64,000 nucleotides of DNA from Bigelowiella natans CCMP2755 (lineage: Eukaryota; Protista; Cercozoa): NCBI GenBank assembly GCA_000320545.1, contig ADNK01002131.1, positions 58,219 to 122,218 on the forward strand. The letters are read 5' to 3'. Of the stretch, positions 1-10,552 are shown in pieces (within the stretch, counting starts at the first letter, position 1; the number at the start of each line of letters is the position of its first letter). The translations under genes were made by a program, and so were the position numbers. Under the pieces are notes generated by a model that was given only the letters and a program-made list of their open reading frames with translations, was not told the DNA's origin and ran no database searches.

Positions 1-36
1 TGCTCCTTTCTTTCCTGCAATATCTACATTACTCAG

Positions 37-842
37 TGCTTGGAGGATATCGATGGTGGCGAACTGTTGAACGAACGCAAGCTTTCGGATGATGACATCA
101 AGAAGCTACGTGATTTGATACAGCCTCTCATGGCGAGTACGGATGAAAACAGGTAATATCAACGATCTAGTTTTGGCTGTGCTGTCCAATCCTACTTCCC
201 TCAAATTCAGCTCGATCTCCTCTTCTTCCCTCCTTCTGACTGTTGGTCCTCGTTTGATGATGATTTATTCTGGCCTTATTCATGCTGCTACTGCTCATGA
301 TGTTTTGATGTGCCGGTGGAAGCAGCTCCAGCGAATCCTCCTCGGACGACTCCTCTGATTCTGGAGTCCCACAGCGCATGAGCAACCCTGTTCCATCAGC
401 AAAGCAAAGAATCCCACAACCTTCATCGCCGTCGTCGTCGCCGTCGTCGTCATCGTCGTCGTCGTCATGTTCGTCATTGCCGTCGTCGCCGCCTCCTCAT
501 TTACATTCTTCGTCGAGCACGCAAAAGAGTATAAGCAAAGGAATAAACCCAAGCACAACGGTCAGCAATAGCCTCTCTCGTTCTCCTCCGTCCCATCCTC
601 CTCCATATCCAGAATTATCTCAACCGCTCCCTCTTCCAAAGGATGGCAAGAATAATTCCGCTGATGCTTCCCAGGTCACTATCAGGGGACTACATGAACT
701 GTACGAGAGAGATGCTAGTGGCACGAATAGCCACATTGGCTGCCTATCAACAACGGCAGATAGTACATATGACAACGAAGCAAGAGAGGAGACAAAAAAA
801 GAAGCCAATGACAAGAATGGTAACGAGTTAAGGGAAGAGTGA
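37..842 (+). CDS. 3' exons (37-152, 326-842) of an unidentified gene starting before the window
   Basis: AG acceptor at 35-36, exon CLEDIDGGELLNERKLSDDDIKKLRDLIQPLM, GT donor at 153. Phase-compatible acceptor at 324-325 leads into the Ser/Pro-rich frame that ends with TGA at 840-842. No family recognised. Confidence 0.4.
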
Positions 843-1875
843 GAAAATAATAATGTCAAACCGAATGCAACGATGGTGGCAGCGGTAACAGTGATGACAC
901 AAAGGGAAGACAAGGTAGAAGAGACGGCCGGGAACATGGCGAACAATGAACCTCACAAAATGTCCCCACTCGATAAAAGAGAAATGAATGAACATGAGGT
1001 CAATTTTAACCATAATCAACAGGAATGTCTAGATAGCACTTTCTCCTTTGTTTCACATTTTTCGCCCAGACAAGCTTCATCGAGATACATCATCATTGCT
1101 GGGTCATCATGTGCAACAGCGCAAATTGAATCATGTCACCAACATGTGAGCGATGCGCAGTACCATCTCCTGCGGAATGGCTTCAAAGCTGGACATGGCT
1201 TGGACATCAAAACATTTCGATCCTGTTTGCTCTTCCAGCAAATCTTGGTTCTTCAGCAAGTCTTGCTAGTTGGTTCGATCGATTCTTCACAAAAAACTTT
1301 CCATCCAGCTGAGCTGACACAATTTGGGTGCTCGTTTCAGGGCAACGGTTTGGTCTTTCCAGCACTGCAGCAAGTGTGGACTGTGGACACAGTGTGCATC
1401 ACATGTGTGTCATGTGCATCACACATGCGCATGTCTGTTGTCATGCACACCCTTCAAAGCATTCAAATGGGCGTCTCTGTGCTGCACGATTTGCTCCGCA
1501 TCACTCCCGTTGCATGGACATGGTCACGCAGAACTGTTCATCACAGAGCATGACACTTTCACATGTGACATTTGTCTGTGCATGGCTTCATGGTGTCACA
1601 TCAATGCCTCAGTCCAATGACACCCATCGCTTGCATTTCATGCACACTGAACGTGTGTGCTTGGCAAGGCCCTGCATGACCCTGCGTGGGCATGTGGTTG
1701 TTGCACATGCCATCAATGTCAGGCATGCATGTGTTCTTGAAGCATTTGACATCTGTGTTGTTGCTGTCAGCATCACCTAGTTGAAGCCGCATTGTCGCAC
1801 ACTGCTCCCTCTGTGCAAACAATGCCATTCCACTCACTCAGACTCCTCCACGGCCTCAAATCACATCGATTGCAC

Positions 1876-2115
1876 TGCCTCCCTTCACGAATTGTGTTCC
1901 TGCAGGCTCAACGATCGTGCTGCCTCCCTTCATGAATTGCATTCCTGCAGGCTTGTCGATTCTGCTGCCTCCCTTTGTTTCATCGTGAAGAGAACAGGGA
2001 GCTGTGATTGCAACAGAAGCCAGGAAGCATCGCAGAACTGCACCGGATGATTCATTGTGAAGAGAACAAGGAGCTGTGATTGCAACAGAAGCCAGGAAGC
2101 ACGAGGAAACTGCAC
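1876..2115. repeat. Tandem repeats: 45-bp unit x2 (1876-1965) and 72-bp unit x2 (1979-2115)
   Basis: tgcctcccttcaYgaattg..ttcctgcaggct.. at 1876 and 1921; ttcatYgtgaagagaaca..gagctgtgattgcaacagaagccaggaagca at 1979 and 2051. Confidence 0.9.
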
Positions 2116-2917
2116 CTGCAGTTGCATTGCGCAGCGCTGACAACACAACTGTGCAATTGTTGGAGGGCTGGGTGCGGTGCGATGTGCGCGCAGTGAGCAA
2201 AAGCTAGCAAACGAGCAGGTGGCGGTGTTCAGGTTGAACTGTGAGGTCATCATGCGAGGGTTGACCGCCCTCTGACAAGTGTCAAGCTTGTCATCAGTCA
2301 CATGCAATTGCATTGGGTTTCTGGGCCGCGACAAGGCTAGCAAGTTCAAGAACTTTGTGCAACTGAAGCCAATCAACGTGAGCGACTTGTTCAAACCCGA
2401 ACAAAAAAGGTTCATCAGTGGAACGTGCGAGTTCAAGGTCGATTCAAAGGCACGATTGAAGTGCAGTGACAAAAGAAACCGAGAGTGCAAATCTGACGGA
2501 AATGAAACTTGCAAATTGACGCGCATGTCCATTGGCTTCCCCTTGCTTCAGTGGGCGATCAAACAGTGCCATCTGCATTGTCACAGACATGTGATGCCAT
2601 GTGTGCACCACACGTGATGTTGCTGTGTCCATCACAAGTGCAAGCCCTTTTTTGGCCCCGAGCAACAGTCCTTCTTCACCTCACATGCCCCAAATGTGCC
2701 TTCTCCATGTCACAAGTTGTCATTTCTGTGTCTTTTGTTGTGCATGCAGCAACTGGCAGCGATGCGCAAATGCAATGCAAACTTGATGAAGCGCTTCATT
2801 TCAAACACCTTGCAAAAGACATGGCTTTTCATTTCAGCATTGTGTGTGCAGATTGCAAGCCTACGATGCATGCGCATTCTCAAAGGGACACTTGTTTCAT
2901 GCACACCGTGTCTCGCG

Positions 2918-3487
2918 TCATTTGAATTTCATGATGCAATGTGCACAGAGGTTGATGTCAAGCGTGATGAGGACAAATTGTTCAGAATTTGCATCTGCAC
3001 TTTCAGTTTGCCATCTGTCATCAAAAACTCTCCCAAGATCCATGGCCTTCTCTTTTGTCATGATTTCTTTTGTCGCAAAGAGACAAACCATGGTCTCATG
3101 TCCATTGTCCTCATCATCGTGTTCAAAACATGGTTCGCATGTCTTTTTTTTGAATCTCCGTGATTGAGCTTCAGATGAAGATTTGTGAGTCTGGGCATGA
3201 TGCAAATGCTTCTCGAGTTCATCAGGTAGCACATGCTTGATCTCTTCTTCTTTGGTGGTGTTTTCAGTTGATCCAGATCCTTTCAGCACAGGCCTCACCG
3301 GCGCTTGTGTACGAAGCCTTTTGCGACGGACCTCTTCTGCAAATTGGTCAATGGTTTTGTTCTCTTCCTCGTCCTCACTGTCACTGTCATCACTGCTCGC
3401 AAGGTCGATCACAGTTTTTTCTTCAATTTTCCACGGCGGGCAAACGTCTGGAACTTGGCAGGCTTTTCTTTTCCTGGACATTGGCAT
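2918..3487 (-). pseudogene. Tyr-free acidic/basic ORF relic inside block 1, family unknown
   Basis: 189-aa ORF with NLS-like (RKRK, RRKRLR) and acidic tracts, no Tyr, ending in TGA. It lies in TA-erased DNA, so its length may be inflated by lost stop codons. Confidence 0.3.
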
Positions 3488-3611
3488 GTTTTAGAGGTTG
3501 GTTGGGCAGGTGAGGGGTTTGAGTTGTGAGGACTTTGGTTGAAGAGGAAGTGAGGGGCCGAGCCTTGGATTTCAACAGAACAAACCACGTGGCCTTTGAC
3601 CAGTGTTCTCA

Positions 3612-3765
3612 ATGTGCCACGTGGTGGACCCCGGCAAAGCCATGTGGTGCACTCACCTGGACTTCTCAATGAGCCACGTGGCTGACCCAGGAAATGCCAT
3701 GTGGTACACTCACTTTGACTTCTCTGTGAGCCACGTGGCTGACCCAGGAAAAGCCATGTAGACAC
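3612..3765. repeat. 57-bp tandem repeat, about 3 units
   Basis: gccacgtggYKgacccMggMaaWgccatgtggtRcactcac repeated with period 57. Confidence 0.9.
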
Positions 3766-4469
3766 GTCAAAAATGAGCCCAATGCAAAGCCACGTGGCCT
3801 GCATCAGGAGCGACATTGGATGGAAGCACGCTGATGATTTCTTGACTACACTGAGTGACGCAGCGACGCGCGATTGATGCCAAACCATTGAATGTTGCGC
3901 CAAGACAATGCAGCGTCATTCAAAGCTGTGCTGCGCAGCGCTGCGCTGCAATGTGGCATGTGCTTGCCATGGGCATGAAGTGCAAAAGAAAATGAGCGTG
4001 ATGAACAGCACAACGTTTTGCGCAAACCCAACATTTTTCAGTCCATTTGTTTGCAAATTGTCAATTCGAACTCCCGTTACAGGCCATCCCGTCAACCCAG
4101 AGTCACCATCAACTTCGAGCATTTTTCTCAAACGAATCTGTCTCTTTGTTTGCAACTGTTCCCGCCGTTTTTTCTCTGCTGCGTCTTCTTGAGGGGGGGG
4201 AGGGAGGGGGGCATCCTCATCTTCCTCTTTTCCCTCCTTGTCTTCACCCCCTTCTTCCTCCTCATCATCCTCTTTTTCTTCCTCCATGTCTTGAGGGGGG
4301 GGAGGGAGGGGGGCCTCCTCATCATCCTCTTTTTCTGACAATGCAGAACATCCGTTTAATTAGCGGACACTTGTTATAGACACGTAATACCACATATGTA
4401 CTGTACATGATATTACTATGTCCATCATTGTATGCAACTTGACTCTTGTATTCATGTATCCCTTTTCCC

Positions 4470-4545
4470 CTTATGAATAATGAATAAAGCATTGTCCAAA
4501 TTTATATGGTGCCAGGCAGAAGAACATGGGAGACAGGGCAACAAA
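4470..4545. repeat. Diverged copy of the repeat module also at 7201 and 7361
   Basis: tgaataatgaataaagcattgtccaaattta...acatgggagacag matches aatgaataaagcattgatcaaat...acatgggagacag at 7218-7270. Confidence 0.75.
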
Positions 4546-5023
4546 TATAGCGCGTAGACTCGCTCGCATGGCGCATTGATACAACCAACAATGATGATGA
4601 GCATTGCGCTGCATCATTTTGCATGTATGTCTAAAATGCTTCTTATTTCAAATTGGAAAAGTTGCTACTACCTAGGAGACAAAACTATATAGGAGATTTA
4701 TAATACAAAAACATAAGCATGGTCGAGATGCCGCATGGTCCTGCACATATACACGTGTCGCCTTACACCATTCGTTTGGCTGTACAGCACGTAGTGGTGC
4801 GCTGGCCCCACTATCTGCCTAGCTTTTTTCTAATTTACTCTCACATTTAGCAGGTTCTGCCTCTCCTGTAAGGTGGCGCGCAAGGTAGTCGCATGTAATT
4901 TGTGCGAATTTTGCATTTTCTGTTTCATAGCGCATTTTCCCTCCAGGAAGTGCCCGGATGGCCCTGCCGTTCAGTGATTGAACCTTATCAGAAGTGCTCG
5001 TGATAAATTTACCCTCCCGAATT

Positions 5024-5057
<34 letters not shown>

Positions 5058-5263
5058 ATTTACAAAACTTTATAAAAAGAGAACCCCCAATCCCTCCAAA
5101 AGACCCCTATAAAACATAAGTATAATATAATGTAATATGATACAGCATAATGATATAGTCGCATAATGCTGTCGCATAGGCTTGCACACTATACCGCCAT
5201 TGGCGGTTATTATAAATTTATTATCATGCCTCACACATCACACATCGCAATGCAACTGCAATC

Positions 5264-7150
5264 TCATTTTTCCTTATTGTGGCCCCAAGCAACCATGGAT
5301 GATCGCATGGATGATCGCATGTCTGTCATCTCGGCACTAGATGCCAACGGCAAGCTTCCGGCACTAGATGCTGCGACCTCATGGACGGCGCCATGAATCC
5401 GCTTTCGTCGGGACGCTAGCCAAAACCAGAGTGCTAAGCAAGCAGCAGTGCCCACCAGGAGAGTGACAATGATGATGACTAGGCCGCTGCTATCGGCGCT
5501 TGCTCCTTTGGCTTCTTGCACATTATCATGCACTACAGCGACAGGAGAAGAAGGCGAAGTAGTGCCTGGATGAGCAGTAGGAGACCCTGTAGGAAGCAAT
5601 GTAGGCGCTAGTGACCTGGACGAAGGCGACGTGGTCGGTGAGGCTGTAGGGAGCGACGTGGTCGGTGATGCGGTGGTAGGGAGAGTCGGCGCAAGGGTGG
5701 CAGGCGAGACACTAGGATTTGCAGTCAATGGATGCGCTGTGGCTGGGTTCAGCGTAGGATTCAGTGTCGCGGGGCAGACTGTGGAGGGGGAAACCGTCGA
5801 TGGCGTCAGAGTCGGGTTTACTGTGGGATTGTTTGTCGGTGCTGCTGTTGTTTCCGGCCGCGTGGTGATGCCTAGCAAGGTCACGCCGTTCTGACTTGGA
5901 AGGCAGATGGCATCGGTTGCATTGACAGCGAAGCAGTCCGAAAACCAATATCTATTAGCTTGGTAATATGCCCAGGGAATCGTAATTATCCCCGTGGAGT
6001 TCCTTACGGTATCGATGTACATGGCCTCATAGGCAGGTTGATAGTTTGGCGAGCAAACAATGGTCGTGTTTAGAGCGACACATCCAAAATTGGGAGGAGA
6101 AGGTTGCCTCCCAAAATAGTGCCGATTGGTAAAGCCACCAGCTAGAAAGGACACTGCGTAGCTTGAATCTATTCTCAATACCACGTGTTGGTAAGAACTT
6201 CTTGGAGGACACCACATCGTGTTGCCCACAGTCACACAGGCTAGAAAACACGAACCTCGAGCCAGAGTGCCAAATTGGCCTATAAAAGAGTACGAGGTGG
6301 ACGTCATTGACATTCGAATAATACGGGGCCACCTATTAATGCTGTAGGTGCATGGCGCACAGACCAGGTCCGAAGACAAAATCCCACACCCTTGATAATA
6401 TTCGGAATGATACAGGTCGGTTGTGTAGCCATTCTCTATAGCAGTGCTTGGTATTTGGGTCTGCGTGTCGAAGTTGAGGAACGTATATGAAGGAATCCCC
6501 CCTCCCATTCTATTCTGGTCAATAGGCGCGCACTTGATGTATCGTCCGCCCATGTATGCACAATGACCAAAGTCGCCACCGCTAGCGTATGTGCTCCCAA
6601 CAAATTGGTGCCCATGACTTGTTACCTTCAGAACTTGGTTTCCCCCTGTTGCAGTGATGCAGTAAACAGGATCCAAAACTGAGTCGCCGGTTGGCACGCA
6701 GTGCCCAGCATAGTCCTTGTGTAACGTGCCAGTGCCATGTGTGGACACGACGCTCGCTCCGACTGAGACTTTGAAGATCCGTACTGGGTTCTGGTACGAT
6801 GAGTATTGGCCGAAGAAATACAAGACTCCCGCACGGACGAAGACCATTGGCATCCCTTTTTTTAAGATGCCAACGGCGGGTTGGAGGAAAGTCGCGGTCG
6901 TGTTTGTATCCTCTGCGTTCCGCACAAATCTGACGATGAGGATCTCCTGTAGACTCACCTTATGGAAGCAGTAGGTGACGCCGTTCGGGCCCGTGCTAAC
7001 CGAGTAGCAGTCTCCATCAATCATACCAGTACCCACAAAAATCGTTGAGTTGCCCATCGCGGCGTATGCATGAGGCGGGAGGTTCGTTGCAGTAGCATTA
7101 ATCAGTTGAATGACAAAGAGAGAGACGCCTAGAGCCCAAACCATCGGCAT
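5264..7150 (-). CDS. Intronless type I membrane protein (about 628 aa): signal peptide, Cys-containing propeller-like repeats, Thr/Pro/Ser stalk, TM helix, short tail
   Basis: Likely start MPMVWALGVSLFVIQLINATA at 7150. About six repeats of the form (F/Y)xxC..x..C(P)...vlxiD, e.g. FLACVTVGNTMWCPPRSSYQHVVLRID. Stalk of PTxxP repeats; TM GLVIIIVTLLVGTAACLALWFWLA followed by SRRKR; TGA at 5264. Confidence 0.85.
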   Translation of the reverse strand: MPMVWALGVSLFVIQLINATATNLPPHAYAAMGNSTIFVGTGMIDGDCYSVSTGPNGVTYCFHKVSLQEILIVRFVRNAEDTNTTATFLQPAVGILKKGMPMVFVRAGVLYFFGQYSSYQNPVRIFKVSVGASVVSTHGTGTLHKDYAGHCVPTGDSVLDPVYCITATGGNQVLKVTSHGHQFVGSTYASGGDFGHCAYMGGRYIKCAPIDQNRMGGGIPSYTFLNFDTQTQIPSTAIENGYTTDLYHSEYYQGCGILSSDLVCAPCTYSINRWPRIIRMSMTSTSYSFIGQFGTLARGSCFLACVTVGNTMWCPPRSSYQHVVLRIDSSYAVSFLAGGFTNRHYFGRQPSPPNFGCVALNTTIVCSPNYQPAYEAMYIDTVRNSTGIITIPWAYYQANRYWFSDCFAVNATDAICLPSQNGVTLLGITTRPETTAAPTNNPTVNPTLTPSTVSPSTVCPATLNPTLNPATAHPLTANPSVSPATLAPTLPTTASPTTSLPTASPTTSPSSRSLAPTLLPTGSPTAHPGTTSPSSPVAVVHDNVQEAKGASADSSGLVIIIVTLLVGTAACLALWFWLASRRKRIHGAVHEVAASSAGSLPLASSAEMTDMRSSMRSSMVAWGHNKEK

Positions 7151-7200
7151 AATATATATTGAATAATCGGCAACGTCCCAATTCTTCTTGCGTCTGAACA

Positions 7201-7515
7201 AACAATGAATAATGAACAATGAATAAAGCATTGATCAAATCTACATGGGCCAGAACCACATGGGAGACAGGCGTATACATGCAGCAGCGCCTCAACAAAA
7301 ATTATTGCGAGGACTTGTCAGCACCCTCTTGGTGATGAGTAGTAAAACAACTAAAGAATAGTGAACAATGAATAATGAATAATGAATGATGAACAAAGCA
7401 TTGATCAAATTTACATGTGCGAGAACCACATGGGAGACAAGCGTATACATGTAACAGAGCCTCAACAACAGTCGTTGCAAGGACTTGTCAGCACCCTGTT
7501 GGTGATGAGTTGCAC
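7201..7515. repeat. Two tandem copies (period about 170 bp) of a module directly upstream of the membrane-protein gene
   Basis: aatgaa..aaagcattgatcaaat.tacatg.gc.agaaccacatgggagaca.gcgtatacatg...gcctcaaca...ggacttgtcagcaccct.ttggtgatgagt at about 7201-7330 and 7370-7510. Confidence 0.9.
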
Positions 7516-8176
7516 AACTAGCAAGAAACGATGCTAGTTTTTGCTGTCGCATTCTGTAGAACAAGGAGAATTTAGGTAGGACGACAACCCAATCTGGGGA
7601 TGATGTCTAAGAAACAACACATGCATGTGTGTAGTTCCTAATGTAGTTCCCAATGCACATGGTTTCGTTCTTAATGTAGTTGGATGCGGGGTGGGCGAAA
7701 CTGCCGAATGTGAACAGCATCAAGATGCTAGTTTTTGCTGTCGCATTCTGCAGAATGAGGAGAATTTAGGTGGAGATCTTGGACCAACAAATTTGACAAC
7801 AAAAGACAATTCTTTCAAAGCGACATTGAAAAAAATGCATGATTTCACGATGTTGGCTCAAAATGGCCCTTGCTTCCATTGAAAGTACCAATTTCACACA
7901 CTGTTTGTCGCAACTAAAGATTTCCATGTGTCAAAAGCAATTTCATGTGAAACAGTTTGGTTTCAATTCACATGAATGGAAATGGTTGGTTTTTGATTCA
8001 CATGAATGCAAGAAGTTTTGCTTCTCATGGACAGATTTGCAGCGAGCGAGTCTCTCGAGTTGCACCCTGTCAAGAGTAGCTCCTCCCCCTCCCTTCCCCC
8101 CCCGCCTTCCGCCTACCTCTGTCACTATCCCTGCGAACCCACACTCTTGGTTGCTAGACTTCCCTGTCGGTGCGTG

Positions 8177-10496
8177 ATGTCTCATGCTGACCCTGACGAA
8201 ACAGTTGTGGCCTCACCGGAGTCGCACGAGTTGGGACATTCCGGACCTGCCGAACTCTCAACCGTCACCTCCCAAGAGTCAGGAACCCCCGGACTTCGCA
8301 AACACTTCGATCTCAACGATGCACCTGGACCTCTAGCCGCCCTCCACCTCAGGGAAGGTGTTGACGATGCCCCTCCTGATGTTTCGACACGCATGATTTC
8401 ATCGTGGACCGATGACATTTCAGCTGGCCAGGTCATCGGTTTGCATCACGGAACACAATGGTGCGTGGGGAAAGTCATGTCAGTCAACCAGGATGCGGGG
8501 AATGCGGAATTTGACTGGGCCGATTGCAGGTCATCCTCGGATCACACGGGCGTGAGTGACTGTGGTGACAGTCCTGCTTTTGAACATCTTCCGATGTCCT
8601 CAGCTGTTGATGGCGGTGAAGACAAAGCCAAGATTGCTTTCCACTCGCCCCGGGGGAAATCTGCATGGGATGGCATTCCCATGGCCACACGAGAAGATCC
8701 TGGAGGTCTGAAACGAAAAATTTCAGAGCAAATCAGGCCACTGATGACAACTCGCACCGCAGAACCAGAAAGGAAGTTGGCGACCCCAACTGCTGCAAGT
8801 GTCGCCTCGGCTGAAACCATTCTTCGGAGCAACTGGATTCTCAGCAACGCGCTCACCGACCATCCCAACTCTGGAGAGGGCAACGAGGTGGACACCGAAA
8901 TTGCAGATGCAATCAAGGGTGAAATTCGTGATGTCGACAGTGCTTCACCCAGCCTTCACAAACTGCACGCCCGGAGGCCTCACATCGAGAGAATGTTGAA
9001 AGCCTTGCACCTCCCACACTGCATGAGCCCCACCGGTGAGGCCAAGGATGACTCAGAAACGCCAATGGAAGCAAACTCCGCCCCTTCCAGGTGCCCAGTT
9101 GCCATGGACTCAAAGGAATTCATGGGGATGGAGTCAGAAAGGCGATGGCTACGCATGTTGGATTGTGTCTCAGCGGTTTGTGAAAAAAATGCACGGCTCA
9201 CTGAAGCGCTAGCATCAATGAAGGCCAAGATCAACAGCCAAGCGGAGGAAATTGAAGTGTCACAGCAAGATTGCACCCGCAGGAGAAACCACCGGAGACT
9301 TGGGGAAGCTCCTCCTTCGGTTGCTGCCCCCTCCTCAGAGATTCCACTCATTTCCAAGCTGAACAATGGCAAGGGGAGATTCCGCCCCATGCGTGCCAAC
9401 CCTCCAGGGAATGGAGACTGCTTGAAAGTGATCCTCATGCTTGGGAAACAAGCCCTCACCGAGAGAGCTGATGGTCACATCGCCTGGAATCAGGAGGGGG
9501 GACTTCTGCGATGAGCTGCAGCAGGAACTTCTCAAATGGTGCGAGGAGTCGAGCGAAGAGGTGAAAGAAACGGTGGAATGCACGGAGCATCAAACCTTCA
9601 AAGCTTGGGCACAGTGCTTGGTTGAACTGCGCCAACACTTTGGGGACAGTGAGATCCTGCTCTTCTCAAAAATTGCCAACATTGAGTGCATGGTGATGAC
9701 AAAAACGGGCGCGCGTGCACGTGCACACCGAGGGGACAGGCCGTGCGCACGCCTGTGCTTCTTCTGCGAAACAAATGCCGACGGCGAAGGGAAGATCACG
9801 GGCCACCACCAACCACTCTTTGTCAAACGTGGCCGCTCGGCTGAACTTCTGTTCAACCCGAAAGACCCTCAACTTGAGCTGGTGGAGCAGGCAGCACAGC
9901 CAAAATCTGAGGACCAGCTCTCAGATGAGTTCTGTGCAGCAGACAAAGATGCACGGAGGATCATCCGGGGTCGTCTCTCACAAATCAGGAAGAACCCAGG
10001 TGTTGCACCTCAATGCATGCCCCCCTTCCCTCAGAAAGAGACAGAAGGTTCCTCAAAGGCTGGTCACAATTCAAGCCCGAAGAAGAAGAAGAAAAAAACG
10101 AAGAAGATGACGAAGCAGCATTGGTCCCACAGCCCCCCGCACGCTGCGCACGCTGCTTCTGCTCACATCCGCTCAGAACCTGCCATGGCACGTGCAATGA
10201 CCGTCCCTTCTTCATCAGTCCGCAGGGCGCTCGTCATCTTCACCAACGGCACTGCAGCACAAACTGAGAAGAAACTCGATGAAAGTGTTCCAGCGCTGTC
10301 CAAACACATTGCGACCTTCACTCGAATGAAGAACAAACTGAACGATGGCCACCGCATCATCGTTGTGGCCAATGACGATGCTGGATTGCGGGCGCTTCAT
10401 GACAGTGTCTCGGAGATCGCCAACATGGGGATGAAAGTTGCCAAGTGGCTCCCCGTGGGGAAGCGTCACGGCGGGGGGTCCTGCAACAAAGAGTGA
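8177..10496 (+). pseudogene. ORF1-like relic of a non-LTR retrotransposon with an OTU-like cysteine protease domain; frameshift near the G-run at about 9496-9501
   Basis: PPGNGDCL (OTU Cys loop) at the end of ORF 8006-9514 continues in the next frame with FGDSEILLFSK (WGGxxEL-like) and ITGHHQPL (GHY-like His motif). The C-terminal RALVIFTNG...GHRIIVVAN segment may be RRM-like (inference). Confidence 0.6.
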
Positions 10497-10552
10497 CGGT
10501 GAAGAAACGGCGTGGGAGGCGGGCCATTCTTTCCCTCCTTCGCCAACCACGC

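Larger units (their letters stand above)
1090..4355. other. TpA-depleted, TG/CA-rich hypermutated block 1 (degenerate repeat/TE-like or duplicated gene sequence)
   Basis: Only about a dozen TA in 3.3 kb by eye, several of them in CTAG. TA is dense immediately outside (ctagatagc near 1030; tttaattagc at 4355). Contains internal tandem repeats. Confidence 0.85.

Noticed and set aside
2279-2925. Ty1/copia reverse transcriptase relic (KSDGNETCKLTRMSIGF; ADCKP...CFM)
   Set aside because: Only loose resemblance, needs frame changes, spacing is off, and no LYGLKQ or YVDD motif follows.
7151-7231. N-terminal extension of ORF 5264-7231 from the TTG start
   Set aside because: It runs through the repeat module; the Met at 7150 starts a clean signal peptide.
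3612-7515. CRISPR-like arrays
   Set aside because: Units are whole-length tandem repeats without unique spacers, no cas genes, eukaryotic context.
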